From positions 12,834,001 to 12,898,000 of the forward strand of contig NC_043015.1 in the NCBI RefSeq assembly GCF_006345805.1: a stretch of DNA of 64,000 nucleotides, read 5' to 3'. The DNA is from Octopus sinensis (Eukaryota). The notes beneath the pieces were generated by a model. That model was not told the origin of the DNA. It searched no databases and saw only the letters and a program-made list of their open reading frames with translations. This document shows, piece after piece, positions 38,618 through 51,709 of this stretch. The translations under genes were made by a program, and so were the position numbers. Position 1 is the first letter of the stretch, and every line of letters starts with the position of its first letter.

Positions 38618-40483
38618 ACTTTCGAATTACATTCTGATTTTGTCACTGACATATTCACAATATAAATGCCTCAGATGGTAAAGTCAAAAGGATAAATGAC
38701 AGCCAAATGGCAGCAGTTTGTTTAAGTAGTGTTGCAGTGTGTTGTTGGTCATGTTAGTTTTCAAATGACTTTAAATAGGTACCATACTTGAGTAAAACTT
38801 ACTACTGAAGAAAATGTCTTTTAGTAGGCAACAGTGAGTGTTCAGCTAAAAATATTGTTTGAAGACATAAGTTCCTAGAGGCTGATTTCCTCTGAAGATG
38901 TTATATAAATGGGGAGGCTTCAGTAACACTCCAATGATCTAATGGATTATGAAACTCCTCTCCATGGAAATAGCATTTTCCATCTACATAAACATTCTAT
39001 TTAAATTTAACCTTTAACAGTTTATAACATTAAAAAAAGTAATAACTAACAGACTTCAGTTTACTTCTCTAAACTGGTAGTAATGGTTAGGAGCTTTATG
39101 TATATTACACTTATGGAAAATATTAAATAAATGAAGATATAAAATTATTTGGTTAAAATATTTTCCAAGCTTGGAATTTCTAGTGTTACAAATGACAGAA
39201 GGTTACAAGAATCATTTCAAAGTTGAGCAACAACCAAAAGTTGTCTGAAGTTTGTTTATATGTGCACACACATGCATGCATGTGTGTGTGTGAGTGTAAA
39301 TGCACATGCACACATATGTCTGTGTATATATATACACATGACAAGTCAACAGGGTTCCACAATGTAATTCACTTCTGTAAGAAACTATCTCATTTTCTCT
39401 CTGAATTATAATATTCCCACACACATATAAAAGATATCATCAGTTATAATGAGACTCTGGTAATACTAAATATATTACTAATACATTAGCAGCTGTTAGT
39501 AGATCTTCAATTTCATTTATTATATGTAATGGCAATAAACATACAGTTTTACTCAAATTTCGGTAGTTATTTATTTATTCATAAAATCTTTTAGTCTTCT
39601 TCCATCTTTAAAAACTGACATTCTGAATTTGATTTTTTTTATTATAACAACAGAAATATTTCTGTAATAATCACATGTATATTTCTGACAAAACAAATAT
39701 CCAAAAGCCTTGATTATACATCTCCATAAAGACTATTTTCCTGTGTCAGAGTTTAGTGCATGCAAGTAATTCTCTTTGCCTATAATTAAACACTCCACAT
39801 ACTGTTGACTATCAGAGAAAATTGCATTACAATACTCAAACCAGCTACATACTGTTTGCTAATAGACATTTTAAAACAAAGTTGTTGTTTTTTAAAGTAG
39901 TTCCTTGAAGTGAAAAGGAAGGTTTTCTGGAGACCTACTTGTTTCCAGAGCTGTTGCAGTTACTGTTTTTGCATGATCCTATTCTACACCCTAGCTAACA
40001 CCAGTATCCATATTAAACCTGACATCATGTAACTGCTGTTTTTGGCATGATGTGATTGGAAATGACCATAAATTTCACAAAGGATTTTAAAGATTTAATA
40101 AATGAAACAACACAATAGAAGTCTGAAAACACAATTCCTTGGTGGAAATGAGGTTAGAACAAATACTACAGTGTTACATGATTTTTTAAATTATTTTTTT
40201 GTGTTTGAGCTGGAAGAAAAGAAAACAGTAAATCAATGCTGGGCAAATGACAGAGGTTTATATATTTACATTCCAATCAAAATTTTATAAACTAAAGTGA
40301 ACTGATGTTTCACAAAATGATAACTAAAATGTGCTTTAAAAATACATAATTAAAATACCTAAAAATTCCAACCATTACCTCACTCAATGTTCATTCACAA
40401 AAAACAAACAATATCTTCTCTAGTCATTCTTACAGCAATGGTCAGACAAGGCTTCATTGATGAGGTAATTAAAGCAAAAGATG

Positions 40484-40583
40484 CCCCAAGTTGTCACAGT
40501 ACCACTTGGGGTACTGTGACAACTAATTAATAAAAAAATTCTTTGTTGCATCTGACCACTAATTAATAAAAATATTCTTTGTT
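40484..40583. repeat. Perfect 15-bp inverted repeat (6-nt loop) followed by a 26-bp direct repeat
   Basis: agttgtcacagtacc 40489-40503 / ggtactgtgacaact 40510-40524. actaattaataaaaa(a/t)attctttgtt occurs at 40522 and 40558. Confidence 0.95.
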
Positions 40584-41349
40584 TACTAGCACCACTTTAC
40601 TATATTTGAAATACTTTCTTCATCATGTGAAACAGTACAATGAATAAATATTTTTAAAATACTTGCCCATAACATTAATTTGAAACAATTTAAGGAATAA
40701 CTTTTGTAAAGTACATAAGTGAAATGATAACTTAACCTTGATAAATAAATAAAACTATAAAACTTTTTTTTGTTTATGTAGGATGTTTTATAAAAAGTTT
40801 ATAATAAAACACGCTAGCATTATCTCTATATACAAAACCCATGTCGTCCTTTCTATGTTAGATCTGTAGAAATGGTACACACATACACACATTCAAACAA
40901 GTACATATGCTATTGTATTAAATGAATCAGGCAATAAAGTGAAATTGACAAGCTTCATTACAACAACATATTTAAAAAGCTGATACTTGAATAAAGATTG
41001 TCAATTTCTCATTATTTCAATAGTAATTTAGATCCACTTAAGTATATATTAAAATGAATGTATACAAAGAGAGCTAGATAGACAGATAGTGGGTGAGTGA
41101 GTGAGTGACATAGCCAGAGGATGAGTGAAAGAATGAACAAGTAACAGTGAATCAACTTAAGTGACATTACACCCACACAATTTTCTCCTCTTTCATTGTG
41201 TTAGATAATTACTCTTATACCATCTCTCTATACAAAACCATATCACAGATTCTAGCTCACTTTTACATACACATTTTTCAGTTTATTTTAAACTCAAAAG
41301 AACTCAAACATTTTGTCTGCGCGCGCGCGTGTGTGTGTGTGTAAAACAC

Positions 41350-41612
41350 GGGTGCTGGTGCCAGGTAAAAAGCACCCATGCTGGTGCCACGTAAAAAGTG
41401 CCTGTGCAGATATCACATAATAAACTCCTGTGTAGTTGCCACATAAAAAGCACCCAGTACATTTTGTAAAGTGGCTGGCATTAGGAAGAGCATCCAACCA
41501 TAGAAACCATGCCAAAACATACAATTGGAACTTGCTGCAGCTCTCTGGCATGCCAGCTTTTATCAGACCATTTAACCCATGCCAGCAGGAAAAACATTAA
41601 ATGATGATTATG
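41350..41612 (+). mobile_element. RTE 3' UTR fragment, diverged
   Basis: Repeated gtgcca(c/g)gtaaaaag units, ggcattaggaagagcatcc and an (atg)n tail. Confidence 0.75.
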
Positions 41613-41871
41613 ACATCCACACATGGTGGTCCCCAGCAAACAGATAATACAAGGGAGATAATATTTGGCAGAATTAGAAGTTTGAAATTCAGAAAGGTAT
41701 AAGATATATAGAATGTGTGTGTGTAAATGTCAAACAAAAAGAATGGGTGCTCAACATTGCATTGGTGGATAGAATTTCTTTATTTGTGTATTAAGGTTAC
41801 CATTGGTTTCATGTAAAAAATTATCAAAATATCAAGATATTTATCCTAACATGAAGCCAATGGTAGCCTTA

Positions 41872-41913
<42 letters not shown>

Positions 41914-42579
41914 GTATGTATACCTACATACCCACACATGCGTGTATGTGTAAAATCTCATTTCAAGTCTAGTACTAGTGAAACTTACACAGTCACAATT
42001 TCATATTTGAACAATCTAAGTTTGAGAACTTGTAAAAAACACAAAAAGTATTTGTTACTGATGCTCTTTTCTTGGCTGGCATTTGAGCATTTAATAATAA
42101 TCTCATTCAGAGACAAAAGATTCAGCCATGGGTATTCAACCAGTAAGCAATGAAGAGAAGACAGACAAGGCAGCTCTCTCTGATAGAGTGTAATTGAGTA
42201 GTCTCTCTATTTTACTGATGGTTTTTTTCCTTTCTTCCTAAGTTTATTTTGCTATATCAGAAAATATCCAACTCTCTTAAAGGCCAATGACAATTGTTTC
42301 TTTTTTTTTTAACATGTCTCAGGCACTGGATTGCAGCTATGATGGGACACCACCTTGAAGAGTTTTGATTGAATTAATCCCAGTACTTACTATATATATA
42401 TATATATTTTTTTTTTTGCTAAAGCCTGGTACTTATTCTATCAGTCTCCTACACGGAACAGCTAAGTGAAAGGGCTGTAAACAGATCAATGCTGATTGTC
42501 AAATGATGGTGGGGAACAACTAGGATTGAAAATATACTCATCAGCCTAAATCGATTTTCAAACCAAATTCATGTCGACA

Positions 42580-42620
42580 CCTCTGATGAGAATCTGATAA
42601 GGTTTGAAAATCAATTAAGG
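42580..42620 (+). ncRNA. Minimal type I hammerhead ribozyme motif
   Basis: cct-CTGATGA-gaatc-tgataa-ggttt-GAAA-atcaat-TA-agg gives stem I cct/agg, stem II gaatc/ggttt (2 G-U pairs), a short stem III and NUH = UUA with predicted cleavage after 42617. G10.1-C11.1 reads G-U, consistent with CpG decay. Confidence 0.7.
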
Positions 42621-42693
42621 CTGATGAGTATCTTTTCAATCTACAGAGAAATTAACTAAATTCACTGTTATATATCTACTACATATTTTACAT

Positions 42694-43025
42694 CAGTGGT
42701 TCTCAACTGAGGTCCATATAAGATTTTTGGGGGGTCCATTCAACAAAATAGTAAATTAGGTATCCACAATAATATTTTAAGGGTCCCTGAAAAAATTTTG
42801 CTTCAGATGTATGTATTGGTTTGTGTTGCAAGAAACAGGTTGGTTTCTTTCTCAAACATTTTACATAATTCAACCTACACAAGTTAATGCGTAGAAAACA
42901 AAATAGGAATTTTCAAAAGAAGTATCTACAAAACTAGTTTTTAAACATTTAATGGTAATGGAGGTCCACCAAACTAAAATAGTAATCAAAGGGGGTCCAT
43001 AGAAAAAAATGGTTGAGAATTGCTG
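42694..43025. mobile_element. hAT (Buster/Charlie-type) MITE, 332 bp
   Basis: TIR cagtggttctcaac / gttgagaattgctg and an 8-bp TSD ttttacat / gtttacat with TA at positions 4-5. Confidence 0.9.
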
Positions 43026-43039
43026 GTTTACATTATGTC

Positions 43040-43300
43040 ATAGAAAGTTCCCTCCAAGGGACTTATGGAAGACCAGCAGTCACCCATGCATACCAGCCTC
43101 TCCTCTTCATGCTACCGATGTTATCCAAGGGAAAGACAAAGGCTGATACAGCTTGGCACCAGTAACATCAGAACTCATTTCTACAGCTGAGTAAACCGGA
43201 GCAACGTGAAATAAAGTATCTTGCTCAAGAACACAACACACAGCTCGGACTGGAAATCAAATTCACTATTTCATGATGCTCTAACCACTGAGCCATGTGC
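43040..43300 (-). mobile_element. SINE family C
   Basis: The minus strand reads ggcacatggctcagtggttagagc (A box), then gtgttgtgttcttgagcaagatactttatttcacgttgctcc. Confidence 0.8.
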
Positions 43301-43413
43301 CAATACTTAACACTTACAATATTCTAATTAGTAGCTCCAGTTCTCTGTAGCTACTGGATTTGTTGAGTATATAAACAAATTGACTGCTTGTTTACCTGTG
43401 ATTGATCAAATTG

Positions 43414-43505
43414 ATGTAGATACTTTTGATGAAAACCCAATAAGTTTTGAGAACCAATTAAGGCTGTGAATCACTTTTTCAGTCTATGGAGAAATTAGTT
43501 AAATA
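43414..43505 (+). ncRNA. Decayed second copy of the 42571-42660 hammerhead unit (core TTGATGA/GAGA, presumably inactive)
   Basis: Aligns gap-free to 42571-42620 at 39 of 50 positions. Similarity continues through gagaaatta...taaat. Confidence 0.7.
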
Positions 43506-43754
43506 TGTCCCCTGTTTATATATGTACTCCATAGGTTACACACACTTACAAGGCTTTGGTCATCTGGAACTAAAGTAGAAAACACTTGCCCAATGTGTCA
43601 TGCAGTGGAACTGAACCCAGAACCACGTGGTTGGGAAGCAAACTTCTTACCATACAGCCACACCTATTTTATTCATAGATTTTCTGTTTTTCCCTGAGCT
43701 TATTTGTTTATACCAGAAAATAAGTAACACTATTAGATATCAATGACAATTGTT

Positions 43755-44160
43755 ATTCTTTTACTCTTTTATTTGTTTCAGTCATTTGACAGCAGCCATG
43801 CTGGAGCACCACCTTTAGTTGAACAAATCGACCCCAGGACTTATTCTTTGGTCTCTTTTGCTGAACTGCTAATGTATGGAGAAGTAAACACACCAACATT
43901 AGTTGTCAAGCGATGGTGGGGGGACAAATGTAGACACAAAAACATATACATATACTCTCTTTTACTTGTTTCAGTCATTTGACTGCGGCCATGCTGGAGC
44001 ACCGCCTTTATGGTGGGCTTCTTTCAGTTTCTGTCTTCCAAATCCACTCACAAGGCTTTGGTTGGCCCGAGGCTACAGCAGAAGATGCCCAAGGTACCAT
44101 GCAGTGGGACTGAACCCAGAACCATGTGGTTGGTAAGTAAGCTACTTACCACACAGCCAC
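43755..44160 (-). mobile_element. SINE family A with a second family A tail fragment (43955-44010) inside its microsatellite
   Basis: tgtttcagtcatttgac ... ccatgctggagcacc occurs twice before a single head. Confidence 0.8.
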
Positions 44161-46734
44161 GTTTGTGCCTATTGAACTAATCCAAAATTTTTGTGGAAAT
44201 TTTTAACGTCCCTCATTTAGTAATTTACAATTTATCCTAGATATTGCTTTAAGACTTGAGCATGATTTACAAATGTATTTCACTGCTTCTAACAGAGAAA
44301 ATCTAAATCCCTAAATCTAAAGAAAATCAATAATATACACGAATAAAATAGAAAAAAGAATGCACACATACAAGTAAAAAAAGGAAACTTTTAAGAGGTT
44401 TTTCTTAAAACGTCAATCATTCAAATTTCATAGTATTTACATTTTCTATAGTTTAAGCAGTGCCTCCAAGGTTAAAATATATGAACGAAATAGTGCAGTG
44501 TTAAGGGAAACAATATTTATAAAACAGCAGGCAGTTTGTACAACATACAAAAAGGGGAGGCAGTAGCGCACACAAGCATCCAAACCTCTATGGCTAAAGT
44601 AATCAACACTAGTTGCATCGCAGCATGCATAGCAATACATGATCTGCTGCATATTTCTATTATGCACTTGACTTCGATCTGATATGACACAACCCACCCA
44701 ACTGAAGTGTTTTAAGACAGGAATCATAATGCAGACAAGAATAATAACCAAATAATAATTTGATGCAGTCAAATTATTATTAAATAATAATGTAATGCAA
44801 GTTAAATAAATAGAAAATTATAATTTCTGCGTTGTTAAAACTTTGCATTTCTGTTCAAATATGATATTTTAATCTATGTAGCTAACAATAGTAGTCATTA
44901 AACAAAAAAAAGCCTAACGCAAATAAAGTATATTAAATGTTTATAAAATATACACATAGATTGCATGTGTGTGTGTGCATCAGAGAGAGGTAGGGAGAGA
45001 GATAAAAATGCACTATTTGTGAACATGGGATTATTAGTATGCGCAAGTGTATGTCAGAAATCCATTACTGTTTACAATTTTGTTATAGGAAACTACTACC
45101 AATACCAAAGTTCCTCTACATTTCTAGCACTGTGCCTTAATCATCTTGCCATTATTTGTAGTAGTTAGAGACTATTTGCCCAATGAATAGTAACCTCAAC
45201 CAAAGATTTTCACAACACCATTTCCTTTCTTTTAATATAGTTGCTTAAAGCAGTTATGAAATAGAAAAATACTGGTTAAATTAATAATATCAGGGTTGGA
45301 TTTTACAACCATTTTTCAGTAACAACCTTGGTTGTATAAACCAGCAAAGGAACATTTATTTTGTTTGACTTGCTATGAACAGCAGCCAAACCTCACTCAA
45401 ATCACTCCTTATTTTTAAAAAGGAAACACACATTGAATACACTATGCTTGAAAGGAAGGCTAGATGGGCATGGCTGAAATGCTTTTAATCAGGTGTGCTC
45501 AATCAGGATTGTCTTAGAGAGAAACAACAACATGCTAAGTTGTATATATTCATACAAAGCCTGTATTAGTTTCTATTTAGAATTTCATAAAAATATTTTA
45601 ATCTTATCAATATATCAAAATGAACAATGTAAATTTCCAGATTCAATCCTTTCACCTTTAAATTACTCTTGCCCCTAATTAAAAGAAATAATCTTAATAC
45701 TACATATATGTATATAAATTTCATGTTTTGGGGGTCTATTTGCACTTTTTCATCTAATATGGTTTATTTTCTGCGATGAACAAAGCTCTGTCTTATAGAT
45801 ATCACAACAGCTAACCCACAAACCTAGTACATGCATCAACATCCTATATTTTTAGATAAGAAGGAATAAATTGAGGTGGTGGAAGGAGGCAAACAGAAAA
45901 AACCTTAGCTAAGAAAGTGGAATTCCTGTGAAAAATTGCCAACAAGTAGCTGTGTGATAACACAGATAGAGATATTGTCCAGTGAGTTTCAGAGGATGAG
46001 GGAATTTCAATAAGAATGAACGAATACAACAACACACACCATGTGCTGAGTATGGCACTTGTGTTGTTGCTAAGACATTAGTTAGTTCTCTAACAAACTG
46101 AAATATAGGATATCTTTTTAGTTTTATCAATAGAGTTATTGTCATTCAGCCTACTTCAGCTAATTTCTCAGTCATGTTAATTTCTACTCATTTGATTATA
46201 AAATATAATTGAGTATTTTGCCTATGAAACTTTGCTTATTTATATTTCCTTTGCACATAATATGGCTGCAAATTTTCCAATCAATAAAGTTACATGTGGA
46301 AGCAAAACATCATATACTTGGTTTTATTTTGTATAAGGTTCAGCAGTTATGCACCACAAGTAGTAGTAGCAGCAGTAGTAGTAAGCACATGGTTGATTCT
46401 CCATCCCTACAGAGCATGTTCTACCTCAAAACAACTACTGTTAGAAAATAAAACTGAAGTGCATTGTTGGCATGTGAAGACAGAAAAGTGAAGTTACCCC
46501 TATTTTGAATAAATATTTTTCATTGACTGCTAGAGGTATTATCAAATACTACATTAGGTCTGAATTTCTATTTTGCAGAGATTATCTTAATCTTTCTTTA
46601 CAGTATGAAATACCAACTTCAACATTTTGAATTTTCAACAGCTTACAGACAGAAATAAAAATTAGAATTAAAAGGTTTCCTGTAACACTCAATTCACAAT
46701 ATTTTTAATTTTATCAAACTGACAGCAATACCAA

Positions 46735-46960
46735 CAATAATAATAATGGCCTCAAATTTTGGCACAAGGTCAGCAATTTCAGAGGAGGGGATAAGTTGAT
46801 TACATCGACCCCAGTATTCAACTGGTTCTTATTCTATCGACCCTGAAAGGATGAAAGGCAAAGCTGACTTAAGTAGAATTTGAACTCAGAATGTAAAAAT
46901 GGAGAAAATGCCACTAAGCATTTTTCCCAGCACACTAATGACTCTTGCCAGTTTAATAAT
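46735..46960 (-). mobile_element. Nin/Deu-like SINE
   Basis: gattacatcgaccccagtattcaactggttcttattctatcgaccctgaaaggatgaaaggcaaag, preceded by an (aat)n tail. Confidence 0.78.
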
Positions 46961-47931
46961 AACAATAATAGGAGATAAACAACACCAAAACAACATGGGG
47001 TTTTATTATGTACATGCAAAATACATTTGGTGAAATGCACTAGATGTACATTATATATAAAATTTTAGTAAATTGCAAGAACAAACTCAGGACAAAAATT
47101 ATAATTATAAAACAAGGGAGGAATAGAGTATTGTAAGGCAATTCTTCCTTGAAGGATTTACATATAAACAGAAAAATTGGATGGGAGAAGATTTAAAGGC
47201 ACATTCATAGGATGACAGAATGCAGTCATGGCAAGAGATACAGGCATGATCAATTATGGAGTAAAAGCAGTCAGCTATATTATTCAACATGGAAACACAG
47301 GGAAGGTGGAAATAGGGAGAAGAGAGAAACTGTCCCTCAGAAACCAAGAGAAAAATCGATTGATGGAAGCCTACCAGCAGCAGTAGTTTTCCATCGCAAC
47401 AAACTCTTACGATTTCAGGAGTGAAAATTACATGATATAAACACTACATAATAGAGAGGTAGTAATTGTCATAACTAAATAGGGAAGAATTTAATAAACC
47501 AAAACCCATGTTAAATATTAAAATTAGTAATTTTATACAACACCATGATGACAGTAGAAGCTGTGAAAATATATATATATATATATACACATACATACAT
47601 ACATACACACACACTTTTGATGTATACATACATTACATACATAGGGAGATACACACACATATATATATATAAATATATAAACATATGCATTTCCTAACAC
47701 ATAAGTATACATTTATACATACATGCATTTATGCATACATGTGAATTTTGAAATACATATAGATGGATATATATGCACATATATACTCAAACATTTATAT
47801 ATTGATTGATGCTGTTATCTATCTATCTATCTATCTATTTATTTATACATACAGATATGTATGTTTGCATACATATGTATTCATGCATACATATATAGTC
47901 ATACATGTACTCCCATACACAAAGACATGTA

Positions 47932-47966
<35 letters not shown>

Positions 47967-48057
47967 AAGAAAGAAAAGGAGAGATTAGTAGAGTATAAAG
48001 GCAATAAATATTATAAAGAACAGAATTTGACAAATATGCCCGCAATTATGGGATCAT

Positions 48058-48300
48058 CAACATCATCATTTTAATGCCAACTTTTCCATGTTTGCAATGG
48101 ATCAAATGGAGTTTGAGGCACATTTTCTATGATCAGAATGCCCTTCATGTCACCAATCCTCACTTGTTTCTAAGCAAGATAATATTTCTTCTTGGGCAGA
48201 GATGTTTCCACAGAAAACCAAAAGCAAGACAACATTACTTGTATGATGGCGATGCTCGTTTATAACCATCATATTATGTCACGACAAGGGTAAACATAAA
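48058..48300 (-). mobile_element. SINE family B body and RTE tail
   Basis: catcatcattttaatgccaacttttccatg ... gcccttcatgtcaccaatcctcac. Confidence 0.75.
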
Positions 48301-48316
48301 CATAGACACACAATTT

Positions 48317-48357
<41 letters not shown>

Positions 48358-48415
48358 ATGGGCTTCTTTTGGTTCCTTCTACCAAATCCGCTTTGGACTG
48401 TAGACTTCCAGCCAT

Positions 48416-48446
<31 letters not shown>

Positions 48447-48449
48447 CAT

Positions 48450-49500
48450 ACACACACACATACATATAAGGTGTAGGTTGCATGTAGCAGTCTGAGAGAA
48501 AACTTTCAGTCCTATAAGAAAGCAGAGGGTCACATGCCAGACATAGTTGAAGGAGATACTAATATTGAAATTAACAGTATTGCTTTCACAAAAGTTCTCA
48601 AAAATGAGATCATAGGAAGTAGAAGGATGCACAAATCTCTTGAAGATCTGACTTCATCAAAAAATGTACTTGTGAGAAGGGAGAGAGGCTGAAAGTAATG
48701 TAGCAGATAATTGCTTATGATTGTTTCCATCAACTCTTGAGATACTGGCATGGGTCATAGAAGCAGTAATCTTCACCTGTATAGATGTAGTGTAGCAGCT
48801 GGCAAACCACTCAGAGATTTTATTGTCTGTGAGATGCAGACAATTATACCTAGACAGTTGGTATCGGTCAGTTTGCTACCTTGGAAGCACAACTATTTTC
48901 AAGGGTAATCAATGTACAACTGCTTTTATGAAATGTCTTAAGTTATATCAGAAATGGATTGATCTGTTCCATTGGTTTCTGTCATTAGATGTTTGGTTCA
49001 GTTGCAGTTATCAGTCTCATGGTGACAGGTGAGGTCTTTCCCAGTTTTTCATATAACTGAGAGTAAAGTATTTGACTTGACAATTGAATTTCTTTGGACA
49101 TACCCAAGCTAGCTGAATTTTCAATGAACCAGTATCATTTCCAAGGGAGCTTAACATTGTCTAGATGCAAGTATTTTTGACATTGATTTTTCACTGTAAT
49201 GTTCATGCTCTCAGTATCTCATCATTAATGCAAATAATTTCTGAAAGTATCTGCATAACTCTGGTCTGCATAATAGGAGGTATAATACTGTTGCTCTGTA
49301 TACTTTGCACTTCACTTGCTTGTTGTTTCACAGTCACTCTTTCAACCTTCTGAATGCTAGTAATACAAATGAACTCTAGTTTTACACAGTTTGATGTAAC
49401 CATAGAAGTCAAGTAGGACTACAATGTAGCACCAGCATTATCCTCACAGGGAATTGAAATTTGGCTGTGGATTTCACTTGCTGAGAACTTTGTTCTTTCT
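48450..49500 (-). mobile_element. Heavily degenerate CR1-group LINE reverse transcriptase relic
   Basis: LMETIISNYLLHYF...RSSRDL and CESNTVNFNISISFNYVWHVTL (compare GESxxVALDISKAFDRVWHxxL). Confidence 0.6.
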
Positions 49501-50504
49501 CTACCATGCTTTCCATAATTCTATGGATTATATATATTGTATAAATATATTGTGCCATTTGTATGTAAAAGCACAAAAAAAAATCATTAAAAACTAAATG
49601 AATGAACAGCTTCCAATGTGCTACTGCTTGTTACAATCAGCATTGGTAAGCAGAGAGAGTCATTTCAACAAAGCTGAAAGAAATATATTACCAGTGCTGG
49701 TATTCTATTAGGAAAGTGTATTAGTCATCTATAGAGACTGAGTGAAACATCACCCTATTACTCTGTATCTGTGATGAAATATAATCTCTTGAATAATTAA
49801 AGGAAACATTGCAGGGAAAACATAACAGTGAAATGGAAATATATAGATATATACGAAAACAAGCATATGCACACATATGCATGCACAGACATAGATATAC
49901 ACCCATACACAAATGATAATGTATGTGTTACCGGTAGGTTAGACAACTGTCACAATAATATTTTAATGTACACCACAAGGATTGTATGCAGGACTAATTT
50001 GTACAAAAATCTTCTCAAAATTAGGTCAAAAGTGACTATCAGAGAGATAATTGTGGAGAGGATATGCACAGACATGACACACCGCTTACACATGCATATA
50101 CAAAACACACTTTCCTACATGAAAAAAAAAAACATATACAGGTAATAAAATAAGGAGTGTGTTGCATTGTGTGAATAATACTTTCAGAAGTCAAACACGT
50201 ATAATAATAAACAAACAAAAAAAGAAAAACACAGAATGTCCAAGTTCAAAAACATACTAAATGCACAGATGAATGGAAAACAAACACAGAAAGTCACCAA
50301 TTCCTCATCAGTTATTGGCCAGGATGTCAAACGTAATTTCGTGCCATTATCAATAATATCGTTTACAATCTAGAGGCAACCAGCAAGAAAACTTGCCAGG
50401 ACTGTGATATATATACAGACACACATATAGACTCATATACATTTATATATGCATATATGAACACATATATATGCACACATACATTTATACGTGTGTGTGT
50501 GTGC

Positions 50505-50547
<43 letters not shown>

Positions 50548-50554
50548 ATATATG

Positions 50555-51400
50555 TTTGCCTTAAGACCTCTCAATCCTTGGTTTAGTTTCTATGCCTGAA
50601 ATTTCTGTTCTATAGATTCCCCTATAGATTCCCCTATAGATTCAGCTAGATCATCAGTATATAGGAGTCAGTCTTAAGATCTTATGTGATGAGTTGTAAG
50701 ACTATGATGAATAGGAGAGGACTAAGGATTAAACTTTGGTGAATTCCTTAGGGAAAGAAGGGAAGTGTGTAGGGTTTTGTGAATAAACACAATATGGTAC
50801 TTAGAATAACGGAAAATATGGAATACTCATGAAGGATTGCTGCAAGGAAACTTAATAGTGAAGGAGCATTTCTTGTTGTAATGCAAGAAATTTATTAAAA
50901 TTACATTAAGTGATGAGAACAATCATTAACTAAATGGCAAAATCTGGCTTAAAATAACAAGACAGTAGGTCTTATTTTGGTTAGGGGGAAAAAGAAAAAG
51001 CTAGAGATGTATTGCATCCAGGTAATCACTAACAAACTGCATTACTTCACTCATAAACCTAAGACTTATAACAAACCAACTTTTGCTTGTCTGCAGATAA
51101 AAGAATCTACTACCTTAACATAGAATCTTTTACCTGTCATACTATCCTACTCTGAGTTAACATTCTTTCCCTCTGCTTCCACAAACCAATAAATCTATGT
51201 AAGAGAAAAGTTTACCTTCCTTTGTATCAGAATAAAATCAATCTGGTAGTATACCACCTGAATGATGGATAACTAGTTGCTTGGCAGGTTTCCTGATATT
51301 TGTGCTATAGATGGCAACTTGATTCATATCACAGAAGTCTTGGGTTCTCATCAGTTTTAAAGTTATAATCATAGCTTTCATGAAAAGTATACTGATGTTT
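50555..51400 (-). mobile_element. Old RTE LINE relic: end of AP endonuclease (51180-51380) and RT core (50555-50760), internally deleted
   Basis: DFCDMNQVAIYSTNIRKPAKQL...SGG and QIDFIL; GIHQSLILSPLLFIIVLQ and LYTDDLA. A 12-bp tandem (tatagattcccc) lies at 50611-50643. Confidence 0.7.
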
Positions 51401-51643
51401 CCAACAAGACTATTACAATCCTCTACATTGTGACCTCTCTGATAGCAACTTTTGAGGTAGCTCTTGCAAGATTTTTGTACAACAACTATCCCTGCATATA
51501 CTCCTTATTGTATATACAAAACTTATTGTGACACTTATCTTACCTACTGACCGCTTATATATATATGTATCTCCACTCCATATAATAATGCAAAGTATCA
51601 TAATCAATTTCTGTATACTAATAAACTGAAAAATACATACAGA

Positions 51644-51704
<61 letters not shown>

Positions 51705-51709
<5 letters not shown>

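Larger units (their letters stand above)
42320..43665 (-). mobile_element. One family A SINE split into tail (42320-42520) and head (43530-43665) by about 1 kb of nested insertions
   Basis: Both halves are on the minus strand and break at the internal microsatellite position. That they are one element is inference. Confidence 0.6.

Noticed and set aside
38803-38891. Possible minus-strand exon ending at gtaagt
   Set aside because: Weak acceptor and no recognisable peptide.
42621-42660. Second CTGATGA directly after the hammerhead
   Set aside because: gta/tac could pair but is followed by AGAGAAA, and no stem I is evident.
44446-44772. 108-aa minus ORF in non-repetitive sequence
   Set aside because: No recognisable motif or convincing splice context; the length is compatible with chance.
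47100-47400. Possible very old RTE C-terminal relic
   Set aside because: Only scattered resemblance (QKNWMG, G..GR), too weak to call.
50295-50315. Minus-strand CTGATGA (and CTGAAGA at about 54272)
   Set aside because: There is no downstream GAAA or NUH on the same strand.
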